Positions 1 to 11,100 of a DNA stretch of 64,000 nucleotides are shown in pieces. The notes under the pieces are model-generated. The model saw only the letters and a program-made list of their open reading frames with translations. It was not told where the DNA came from and made no database searches. Position 1 is the stretch's first letter, and each line of letters starts with the position of its first letter. Position numbers and translations under genes: made by a program. The DNA is from Camelus ferus (Eukaryota): assembly GCF_009834535.1 (NCBI RefSeq), contig NC_045697.1, forward strand, positions 25,794,001 to 25,858,000, in the 5' to 3' direction.

Positions 1-40
1 ATTATCACAAAGATGGTTATGAATCTGTCAAATAAACAGT

Positions 41-563
41 TGTTAAGTGGAGCACAGGTGCCAGGTGGCAAGCCAGCATTCTACAACAGACCACAGGAGA
101 AATTGAAACAGAGATGCTCATTACTCACCAGTCCAAGAAAAAGTATACCTCGAAGGGCCACACAGGGAGGCCAAGGCAGAGTGCAGACAGAGACAGAAAG
201 GTAGGAGCTGGGGCACATGCATTTATTAGGGTCCGTGGGTGGAGTGTTTTGGGGTTCCTGGGCTAGGGCCAACCTGGACACTTCCAACCAAAAGAGCAGG
301 GTTTTGGTAAGCCCCATGGGAGTCTTATTTAAGGTGCATATAAGAAATACAGATGCTGGGAGGCAAGGGAGACTGTTGATCACGAAGACTGTTGGGGAAG
401 TCACGTCAAGGACTTACATTTGCCTGCGTCTCTGTGGGCTGCTAGCCAGAGCATGTACTTACGTGAGAGGATATATCAGTTTAAGGTCTCTGCAGGCTAC
501 TTGGTCCAACAAAATAGATGCCAAGGGAACAATACCATGGGGTAGCTTAGCTAAACTTCATCA
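41..563 (-). mobile_element. ERVL-class solo LTR (subfamily uncertain)
   Basis: The minus strand runs TGATGAAGTTTAGC...CTTAACA (TG..CA ends, ~520 bp) and contains AATAAA (plus strand tttatt ~222). The block is GC-richer than its flanks. No TSD seen. Confidence 0.5.
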
Positions 564-634
564 AGAACATTTTATTTTTTGTTTTGATCTTTAATGATTA
601 TTTTCAAGATTTCTTAAAGAAATTGCTCATTGCA

Positions 635-806
635 AGTTTGGAAAAGACAGTATAAAATATGAGCCTGGGATATCTTTTATCTGAAAGCAAGGGATGAATA
701 AAATACAAATTGGGTCATATCTAAATGACATGCAATCCAATGTACTGGAGATTCCATGATTCTCGGAGGCAATCATTTGAGGATTCAGTAAGAATACTGC
801 ATTTAA
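635..806 (+). mobile_element. Old L1 (L1MC4/L1ME-like) 3' UTR, left fragment
   Basis: aaaatatgagcctggga...gaaagcaagg...tgggtcatat resembles old L1M 3' UTRs. The similarity resumes at ~2727. Confidence 0.5.
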
Positions 807-2712
807 CTTCCAGTCTTAGCTCTGACATGCAAAGAACTTGGAAGTCATCACTTTCATTCTTACAACAAGAAAAAGTTATACTAACTGAAAATCAATAACT
901 TTTCTTGAAACTGTCAGAAAACTGAGGTTTGAGAACAAACTACAACCCTGAGATCTGTAGAGAGAGGTGAGTCAGAGAGTCAGCTAAGATCTCCTTACCT
1001 GTACAGAAGCTTCTGAAACACAAACTGGTAGGAAGACTTAAATAGTAATTTTGACAAATTGTTAGAAGCTCCGTGTTGGCCAGTGTGAGAATTAAAAGTT
1101 CTTGGGGGCCATAATTTTAGGAAGGACTCCACACTTGCACGGATATTACCATTGAGAAACCCAAAAGTTCTTAAGATGAACACCCAAGAAAGGTCTTCTA
1201 GTTTTAGAAGAAGAGAGAAAGAATAATCTTTGTGAAATATGCTTAGCACTTTCTCCACAACAAGGATGTACTTTCTAGGGAAAAAGACTTTACCAGAGGA
1301 CCATCCAAGCTGAGGAAGGGCATTTTTCCCCCTCAAGTCTCTTCTAGCTTTCCCGTCTCATAAAAGTAGGAACAAAACATAATAAACAAAGATCAGTTCT
1401 CCAAGGAAATTGAGAATAAGACTTGAGTCCAGGAAGAGAGTAAAGAACAGGAGAGAAAAATAAGCTACTGGAGAAACAATTATAAAGATCACAGCCCAGA
1501 GACACATGTCTACAAGAAGACGTGTGTCTATAACATTAAGATTATAGAATTCTTCCTGTTCCTAAAACTTCACCCACCCACCAACAGAGCTCTGCTATAA
1601 TAGTAGTGGATTATGCTGGAAGAGCTTCAAGACACAAACCCTGTCTCAGGAGGAGTCTGTAGGGTAGCCCAGCATGAAGAGGAACAGCATATACTAGGAC
1701 GCTAGAGGATGTGAAGCCTCTGATACCCATGGTGACAGAAAATATAGCCTAATAATGAGGGCAACATCAATCCTCACACTAAAGGCTTATGTATCTCTGG
1801 TCCTATTACCTGAGATAGCATGTCTAGCTTTCAACAAAAATGATAAGGCACAACAAAAAGCAAGTAAAATAGAGAATGAATAGACAAATCAGGCATCAGA
1901 ATTAGACTCAGATATGACATGGATGTTGGAACTATGAGACAAGGAATTTAACGTAACTGTGATTAATATGTTATGGGTTAATGGGAAAAGCAGACAACAT
2001 AAAAAAGAATAAAGGTAATCTAAGTAGAGACAGCAAATTTAAAAAAGAATCATAAGGAAATGCTAGAAAAATTTTAAACAGTGACAAAAATTAAGAACGT
2101 TTTATAGGCACATCAGTAGATTGGACAGGGCTGAGAAAAGTCAGTGAGCTTAAAAAATGTCAATGGAAACTTCCCAAAAAGAAATGCAAAAATAAAACAA
2201 AATTTAAAATAAATTTAAAAACCCTAGAACAACGTCAAGAACTGTGGAACCTTTTATAAGTTGTGACATACTCATAACTGGAATCTCAGAGAGGGATGAA
2301 TAAAGAAGAGAATATAGAATAAATGTTTTAAACGATAATGGTTAAGAACTTTTCAAAATTGAAGACAGACACCAAATCATGGCTCCAAGAGGCCCAGTAA
2401 ACACCAAGCAGGATAAATGCTAACAAAACACACATAAGTATATCATATTCAGTCTGCAAAGACAAACAGAAAGTAATGAAAAAAGCCAGGTAGAGGGAAA
2501 TAATCTTATCTATAAAGGAAATTATGCAAGCAAGAAGAAAACTGAAAGAAATACTTAAAACTTGAAGGGAAACACACACACACACACACACACCCCAACC
2601 TAGAATTCTATATCCAGCAAAATTATCTTCAAAGGTGAAAGTAATAAAAATTTATTCAGACAAAAACTGAAGGAATTTATTACCATCAGACCTGCCCTGC
2701 AAGAAATGTTAA
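807..2712 (+). mobile_element. Old L1 (L1MC/L1MD-type) 5' UTR plus degenerate ORF1, no ORF2
   Basis: The 5' end reads cttccagtcttagctctgacatgcaaagaacttggaagtcatcac. ORF1 landmarks are gactcagatatgacatggatgttggaact, cctagaattctatatccagcaaaattatcttcaaa and cagacctgccctgcaagaaatgttaaa. Confidence 0.8.
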
Positions 2713-2726
2713 AATACTAAATTTTA

Positions 2727-4030
2727 AAAAATGAAACACATTAAACATTTAAAACCCATTAATTCAACATGCTGCCTTCTCCCAAACACACACACACACA
2801 CACAAACAAAACACATGGGTCTCCATTGAAAGCTACCAAGAAATGAACTCATTATTTTGAAAACTCAGTAATAAAGTCAATGAAGCAATCATTTATACTG
2901 CCTTTTTTGAACAAACTGTATTTTAAGATAAGAAAATAGTTGATGTGTGAAAATTCTTTAAAGAAGTATTCCAGTTAATAAATGCAAATCCTGCCAGAAT
3001 TGCAAAATTTTCCATTTCTTACTACCTAATGAAATGATGAAGCTTGACAATAATGATCTACTAAATACTAACTTTCAGTTGACAATTTGACAAAGAATTT
3101 TATGAAAGAAGGATCACAGTGGCATGATCTAAAACCACGAATGAGCTGAAGCATCACTAAAGTGAGACAGCCATAAATCCTGTGATCCTGATAGGATGAT
3201 CTACAAAACAGTCTTCCCCTTCCCATAAATTGAATGTAAGTCTAATTAAATTTCTAGATCTAACTAGCAGTGTGCAGGACAGATGGGTTATAGTAGAATA
3301 AGAAAAGTGACATCCTTGGAAGCAGTTAGATGAAGTTTGGACATGCTACAAGGAAAAATAACCTGATTTCTCCAACAAACCAATGACACAAACAATAATT
3401 TTAAAAAGACTCACAGACATAGAAAACAAACTCATAATTACCAGGGGGAAAAGGGGTGGGAAGGGATAAATTAGGAGTTTGAGATTTGCAGATACTATAT
3501 AGCACAGGGAATGATATTCAGTATCTTTTAGTAACCTATAATGAAAAAGAATATGAAAACGAATATATGTATGTTCATGTATGACTGAGACATTATGCTG
3601 TACACCAAAAATTGACACAGCATTGTAAACTGACTATACTTCAACTAACTAAATAAATAAAAGCAATATGTGGACCTTATTTGGATCCTGATTTTAGTAA
3701 ATGAACTCTAAGTGACATCTTTAAGACAGTTAGGTCCAGATGGATGGCTATTAATGAAATTTAAAAATTAGTTTTAACTTTGGGAAATATTGCAATGTGG
3801 TCCTTTTTTCAAAAGTTCTTCTCAGTTAGATGCACATGTGGATGAACTTATGGGGAAAATAATATGTGAGATTTTCTTTAAAGTGTTTTAGCTTAAAAAA
3901 AGAAAGAAAATGCAGCAGGGGTTGTTGGTCAGTGAAATATGACTGTCAAAATGCTGATAATTGTTGAAGTTGGGTGATGGATATACATTCATGAAGATTT
4001 GCCTTATTATTTCCTTTATAGGTACATTGG
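2727..4030 (+). mobile_element. Old L1 (L1MC4/L1ME-like) 3' UTR, right fragment, interrupted by a young L1 at 3407-3662
   Basis: gaaacacattaaacatttaaaacccat..., aagtattccagttaataaatgca, gtggaccttatttggatcctgatt and ttgttgaagttgggtgatggatatac are typical of old L1M 3' ends. Confidence 0.6.
3407..3662 (+). mobile_element. Young, 5'-truncated lineage-specific L1 3' end (camelid/cetartiodactyl type)
   Basis: agactcacagacatagaaaacaaact...gggataaattaggagtttgagatttgcagatact...atgactgagacattatgctgtacacca...gactatacttcaa, followed by an A-rich tail. Confidence 0.85.
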
Positions 4031-5362
4031 AAAATACTCAATTTTTAAAAGATTCCTTTAGTAGAAGAAACTAGAAGTAAGAGCTTATGGGTCAACACAC
4101 CACTTACATAAGTGGACAAAGGGCTGCATTGTATCGCTGAAAAGCCTTAAAATGAAATGAGCAGATTCCACACTTATACAACACAATAAAAGTGAATTAA
4201 ATTTACTTTTGTGTGAGCAAAAAATATTAATGGAAATTGAGGGGTCTGAACAGCTAAGCCTAATTACCTATGAATACAGTTTAGTTGAAACTCACAGGTG
4301 AAACTCACCAAAAGAGAAAAGTTTCATGCTCCATTAGTGCCTTTCTTGAAGAAGTCTCACTTAATGACAGATCATTGATTGGAGGACGCAATACCTTCTA
4401 AACTGCTGAGAACCACCTGAGGTCTAACTGCAGGGACATGTCTCAGGGGCCTCCTCTAACACCCAGGGGAAGATGAGAGAAGGCATATGGCAATCGACTC
4501 AAAGAAATAACTGCAATCAGAAACTGTAGAAGAATGTTCTTTTTGATTTAAAATTTAACAGCCCTTTCTGTAACATTCACTAGGAGAAACACATTTTAGG
4601 GAGTCAAAGTGAAAAAAAATCTGAAGATAATGAAGAGTTCGTCTCTTCAGGAAATGAAGAGACCCAAGACACATCCAGCTACTGGGACTGCGCGTCATCC
4701 CCAAGTGTCAGAGGATGAAGCTGCGAGGTCCTGGGACGACTCTCAGCAGATGTGGCCCAGAGGAAAGAGAAATGAGCGACATTAAAAAATGACTCCTTTA
4801 GTAAAAGTCCTAGAACTTATGTGGTGCAAGGCCGTACAACTCATATTGTACAAGGTGAAAATGAGAAAATTGCCTTTTCGTATGTTTTCTGATTTATAGT
4901 GAGTAAAGCAGACACTCTAATACAACTAGAATCTGAGATTATAAACTAAAAAGCTAGATATAGATATAGATGTAAATGTAGATATAAATATAGGTGCAGA
5001 TACAGATGTAGCCAATCCCTTATATAAAAAAATACATATGACTTTCTAAAATCAGTGACATAATTGCTGGGTGATTTAATGTTTCATGTTGCTTTTTCCT
5101 ATGATGTTAACTTAGATAAAACTATGCCCAATATAGACACTCCTCTTAGATTATTTTTAATTATGAAAAGTCTCAGCATATTTATAGGTTTAAGAGTGGG
5201 TAGAATAATCAGTCTATGTCTTGGTGCCTACTTGGGTAGCTTAAAATGCTCGCAGAAGCATGAACAACTATTCCAATAAAATTTAATTTTAATTGGGCCT
5301 ATAAAGGAGAGGCCAAAAAAAGAATTATTAATATTTTTCTCTTATGTTTCTTACACACTCAC

Positions 5363-5481
5363 CCTGATCCTCCCTTATTAAGAGCAGATAATCATAAATT
5401 TTCACGCTGAAGAAATCTCCTTGCAATTCTAAGGGTCAGGAGGAGAATGGAATCACAGAAGAGAAATTTTCATCTCAGGGA
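5363..5481 (-). other. Candidate non-coding exon (119 nt)
   Basis: Minus-strand acceptor tctttctgttctgtttctag| and donor AGG|gtgagt. All three frames contain a stop. Supported by splice signals only. Confidence 0.3.
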
Positions 5482-6292
5482 CTAGAAACAGAACAGAAAG
5501 ATTTTTTTTTTCTTATATCCATAAACTTTTTATTCCAGACCATAAACATTAGATGTTATTTATTTAATAATTCATATTCTGCTTCATTTCACAAACTGTT
5601 TGAGGCAGTACATTAGATATATCCTCTTTGAAAATATTCTGGAAATAAAGAAAGTTCCATTTTTGAAGAGTAAAGAGCTAAAAGATAGAGGAAAGTTTCA
5701 CAAGGTCAAGTACAAAATCAGAGATGAGATGAGTAATATTCAGCGATTTTCAGTGTTTTTATTCTTTGTTTCCATTTCTGAATTTTTCATTGGGATGGCC
5801 AAAAGTGATTCATTGTTTCTTTCACCCTCTTTGAAAACATTCTGTGAGCTAGAATTTGAGCCCTAAGTGATTTCTTACAGAGGTTGAGTGATTCAAATTC
5901 TGAAGCGCCTGAAGCAATATGTATTAATTGAATACGTTATAAACCACATTCTTCAAATGTCATTTTTGAGATTGAAAAGAACTGAATGATAGTGTGAGGA
6001 TCTTATTAAATGAAAACTAAGATTAAATCCTCAGCTAAAATAAAGAATAATTTACAGTATAAGTATTCAAAAAGTACTTTAAATACTACTTTTCTCATAT
6101 AAATAGGTATGTACACAAATGCATCTTCATTTATGCCTCCTTTCTTTCATTATTTTTCTTTTCCTTCTATTTGACATTTATCTTACTCCACGTATCTTAA
6201 ATGGGTAGAATAGCATTGAGCAGAAATGAACAGTAATGGAAAACAGCAGTACAAGCAAAAGCAATGCAATCTGTTACAAAGCATCTACTCAC

Positions 6293-6412
6293 CGGAGCCC
6301 CGCTTGCTGCCCCCACCCAGCCAGTCAAACCCAAGCCCGGTGTTATCAACCCCCTTAAATTCTCACAGGGCAGCCCAGCCTTCAGGTCATGGCTTCCGTT
6401 CTGGTTTTCCAT
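6293..6412 (-). other. Candidate first or alternative exon: ATG plus 40 codons ending at a phase-0 donor
   Basis: Kozak-like AAAATGG, then MENQNGSHDLKAGLPCENLRGLITPGLGLTGWVGAASGAP, then CCG|gtgagt. The patch is locally GC/CpG-richer. No homology recognised. Confidence 0.3.
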
Positions 6413-6848
6413 TTTCCTCCTTTTTTGGCCTCCTTGTATCTGGCTTATTTTTCAGTTGCCCAGCTATGCATTTTACATGGCTTTGTTACATTCTAACCAG
6501 CACATCATATTTGCTTTATCTTACGTAGTATCTCTAGGATTTTTGTATTTTGAGGCATTTCTGGTTTCCCAGGCTAGCGCTGTTTTCACAGCTCCTAATG
6601 ACACCCCATGGAGAAAAGTTTAGGTGTCATTCTTCCCACAGGGACAGCACGACTGCTCTATTAATCTACGGACTATAGATCTGTAGACTCTACGGATATA
6701 TATCTATAAAAATAAAGATTGACCTGAAGGAGGGGTTCATTTCAAGCAATCACCTGAAGAAGAGGTTGACATTTATCCTAGAAAAATTTTAAGTGGGGAA
6801 CACAAGCTTTCAATAATAGGTTAATGTTTCTTTTCTATACTCTCGAAG

Positions 6849-8475
6849 TGTAGCTAAGATGGTGCTGGAATATACTGCAGATTAAATAAGGCACCGGCCA
6901 GGAGCAAGGAAACAAGAGACACAGGCCTGACCTGACTCTTTCTTGGGGTTCCACGTGTCAAAAGATGGAGCCGATATGTGTAGAAGTACAAATCTCTTGC
7001 CTGCAAATTTAACTCTTTAGGCTCCTAATTTTCTCAGTATTTAATATCTTCATATTATCCTGTGATATTCAGTTAGACTTGTTTGGAACTGCCAACCTCT
7101 TTTGGCCTTGCTGAAAGGCATGGGAGAAAAAAAGATCCTGCTCTTTAAGGGGAAGCAATTCTGGAAAATTCCAAAAAGGGGCTTATGCCCCCTGGTCAGT
7201 TGTCCTGATCCAGAGAGTCCTTTCAAGTAGCTACCTGTGAAACTCTAGATTTCACATGATTTAAAGGAAGTAGCATTTCCTTAAACCCCCTCCCCATCAC
7301 ATTTTCCACAGCAATTTTCCCAAAGTTTTCCCTCTTTCCTTAAGGATTCTCAGCCCCCACCTAATTATCAACATGTCACTGAAAAGATTTGGGGAATATT
7401 ATTTGAACATAATTTTTTTTTTACCGTGTAACTTTAAAATTTCTCTGCATCTCTATTACCACATCCCTTTGTTCCAGACACTGAGGAAGAAGTTGTCCTG
7501 CCCAGTTCTTCTGGCTCTACTTTCTACCACAACTGTTCTACATCTAAAGACGTCATGCTGCTCTCAAGGTTGAAATGCTACTTATATCTCATTCTAATAG
7601 GCATTCTCTGCGCACAGGTACAGGCAATGTAAGATGTTAAGCGGCAAGGCCTCATTTTTTTAACCCATAGGTAACTGTAGGTCCTACTACTCATAGACCA
7701 GGTATACAAAGCTGTATGTGACAGTCACATGAGATTGAACGGACACAAAGAGGGCTACTGTCAAGTGTCCCTAAAACTTGAAAATCAGCTAAACTTATTA
7801 AAGTGACAATAGTTAGTATGAGAACCACTGTTTACAGACACCATAGTGAAAAACAATGCCTTTCAGACCTAATGCAGGAGTACAGGGTCTGGAAATCTAG
7901 TCAAACCTCATGATATATAAAAGCCAGACTCTAACATATCCCATGGTGTCCAAGAAATAAATTATTAACATTAGAAGAATGTTATAAAGTCCTAAGCAAC
8001 AAAAAAAAATTCAAAACACAATCCCCGAAAAGACAACTGTCAATCTATTTCCAACTCTGCCTATGTGGAAGGTACTCTCCTGATCATGTGTCTAAGGTCA
8101 GTAAGAAAACCCCACGTGGAGCCTGAAGTGTCATCCGCCTATGATCTGCTCCCTCGCTCTAATGCAGATTTACCTACCAGCTTTCAGAGTCTAACTTGAT
8201 TTCTGGCCTGTATTTTCCATTAGGTGGATTTGGAGTCTGCCTTGAAGAGCTAGTGTCAGAACTAGGACTTCTTGTCAGGTACTTATCACAAGAAATGACT
8301 CCATCAATATATGGTTTACATATCAGTCTTTCATGAGTTTTGTTTTAGTGAGTCATCTCTAGTTTCTGATTCACCCTGAGTGTAAATGACTCTGGCTCTC
8401 TGTGCCGAAAAGTAAAGGTGGTAACTGCCAAGATATGGGTACCAGAAAAGGGCTCACTCGTCCTCATCTGTGACA
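6849..8475 (+). mobile_element. Ancient long solo LTR (LTR78-like), degenerate
   Basis: Begins TGTAGCTAAGATGGTGCTGG and ends ...cctcatctgTGACA. The internal gatttacctaccag...aacttgatttctggcct...gctagtgtcagaact matches my recall of the LTR78 3' part. Confidence 0.45.
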
Positions 8476-9991
8476 TCCTTCTCTTTGATTTTCCCAGTCA
8501 TAGTCACACTTACATACATGAATATTCATATGATAGCTATGGTTCTTCAAGGTTAAGTATGGAGAATACAATAATGACATAAATGAATATTTATTATGAA
8601 AAAAAGCCACAGTTGTAATTTGTAACACGAGGAATTGGAATAGATAACAAAAATAGGAGGGAGAAAGCAGAGAAGAAAATCTTCAATGGAACAGCATTTC
8701 TGAGGAAATAAGTGGAGGCCATAACCTGAACATATGTCAACAATTTCAAATATAAAAAAACACGTAGAAGAAGTCAAGTGTATTAGTGCCACTTGACGAT
8801 TCTCTGCTGAAATGAAGTTTCCTGCTACATGGAAACATTATGACTTCTATTATGCTCTCTCTTTCATAGAGCTCAGATTCGTGATTCAAGGGATAGGCAC
8901 TATTCATCAGCAGTGTTTTGACAATAGGAGATAACAGATATTAGGTGAATAGTTCCCTGAAATGAAATATAAGAATATGTCTAGACATTATTTTTTCAGA
9001 GTAGCTCCTAATTTCATATGCAATCAAGTTGCCCTTGGCAACTCAGAGAAAGTTAGCTTATCTCCCCGAGTTCAGCATGAAGAATCTAGTCAAGTCTTCA
9101 GATGAAATGTGTATTGTCTTGCTGAAAGAGTGGATATCCACATCCTGTTCTAATGCATCAGACCCAGTTGCCAAAGCTAATGCACAAAGGTGACAGAAAA
9201 GATAGCTGAATATTCTTTTTTAAGCTGTAAGCCTTTTAAAGATGTGAATTTTTATATGAGACTCATTTCTTCTTTTCACATAACCATTTCACATTCTTTT
9301 CAAAGTAGGTGTGACAACTGATGGTGACAAGAGGACAGGGTACCCCAGGAGTGGATGAGTGTTATAATCAGCAAAATAAATTTCATTCACAGTAATTTCA
9401 CTGTCACTATGATTTTCACTGGCTATAATGCAGATGACTTCTGATGCCAGTCGTCCCACTAAGCTGAGAGGAAGCCACTGTGCTCAGTGATCTTCAGCAA
9501 GAAGGAAATTTGAATAAGACTCAGAAATCAAATGGAGAATTTCCGGAGAAATGTAGATTGTCAACTCTGAAAAAAGATATTCAATGTCAATTTAAAAATG
9601 ACTTCATTAGAAGGATGTGGAAGGAAAGACTATGTATGCTCAACTGAAAAATAGCCAGAACAGGCAGAAGAAGATAAAGGTTTCAGAGAGTGTGACTCAC
9701 AGTGTTTGGTCCTTATCACAGTTTTCTTCTGATAATATTTAATTCCGTTTAAGCTCATAATAGACAAAAGTTTTCCTTGAGATTTGAGACTGGAACCAAA
9801 AAAGTAATATTTGATTCGCAAATATACCTGCTTAATACTTTTGCATTCTCTTTGAAATTTTGTATGTAATATTCACATTATCTTTTGTAAATAAATATGT
9901 GCTGTAAGAAGCATTTATTTTTACATTTTATGCAGATTTTCTCTAAATGAAGTATACTTGAGTTCTAGTTCTATAATTAAGGTGATACATT

Positions 9992-10195
9992 TAGTGAAAG
10001 AATGTTCCAAAGCCCAAATGCACATCAGAATCACCTGGGTAATCTTTGAAAAATACAGCTTCTTGCCTCATCCCAGACTTGTTCAATAATAATAAACTAT
10101 AGTGAGTGGCCTAGAATTTGTATTTTCAAATGTACCCATGGCGAATCTAAAGTAATTAGCCCTGGTCTTCAGATTTGTGTTTGAGACCCAGTGTT
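9992..10195. mobile_element. MER5-family hAT-Charlie MITE
   Basis: gcacatcagaatcacctggg...aaaaatacag...cctagaatttgtattttc...tttgagacccagtg. Confidence 0.65.
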
Positions 10196-10311
10196 TAAGC
10201 CATATTAAAAAAAAAAAAAGGAAAAAGAGAGAGAAGAAAACTATTGTTTACTGAGTGTCTACTAGATGCTTCCAAATGTTATCATAATGCATTTTCTTAA
10301 TACAAGGACAC

Positions 10312-10754
10312 TGTGGCACGTTGAATAGTGTCCCCTCAATATTCATATCCACCCAGAACCTCTGTATATAACCACTTTAGGAAATATAGTCTTTGCAGCT
10401 ATGATTAAATTAAGACGAGGTCATACTGGCTTACGGTGGGTCCTAAAATCCAATCACTAGGTTTGTATAAGAAGAGAAGGGAACACACAGAGAACCAGAA
10501 AAACACCACGTGTCAGTGGAGGCAGAGATTGGAATAATGCAGCTACAAACCAAGGAATATTAAGGATTGCCCAGAGCCTCCAGGAGCTAGAAGAGGCAAG
10601 GAAGGGTTTTCACAGGGAGTCTTCAGAGGGAACATGGCCCTGCCAACAGCTGATTTCAGACTTCTAGCCTTGAGAACTACAAAGGAATACCTTTCTGTTG
10701 TTTTAAGACAACCCAATTTGTAGTAATTTGTTATGACAGCCTAGGAAACAAACA
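10312..10754 (+). mobile_element. MaLR solo LTR (MLT1B/C-like), probably inserted in a MIR
   Basis: TGTGG..ttgaatagtgtcccc start; ggaggcagagattgga; gagggaacatggccctgccaaca; gacttctagcct; ttctgttgttttaag; ..ggaaacaaaCA end. Confidence 0.85.
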
Positions 10755-10904
10755 AAGAGCCAGAGGTCCAAAGATACTCAGCAGTCTGCCTGCGCCATGT
10801 GGGCAGAAAATGGCCAAGCAGAGCTCCAATCCCTGGTCCATTGATTCCAAAGTCCTTGGACATCTGGGACCACACTGGCAGAAACTTCCATTGACCAAGA
10901 CTAC

Positions 10905-11100
10905 GGTAGTATTTGGTCAAAGTCGGGTTCCAGATGACCTACAGTAGAATTACTTGTAGGCCTTGTTTAAAAATACACTTTTCTTGACTCCATCTGGAAT
11001 TCTGAACTAGAAATCTTTGCACGTTGGATTCAAGAACCTACTTTTAATAAAGACCTCAGAGCATTGTCATTCTTCTAAAAGTTTGGCACCGTTGACCTAG
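10905..11100. mobile_element. MER5B-like hAT MITE
   Basis: agaattacttgtaggccttgtttaaaaatacac...ctgaactagaaatctt...aaaagtttggcaccgttg. Confidence 0.5.

Noticed and set aside
4631..4663. Alternative hairpins tgaagag / gtctcttca / tgaagagac
   Set aside because: Stems are 7-9 bp only, too short for a miRNA or structured RNA call.
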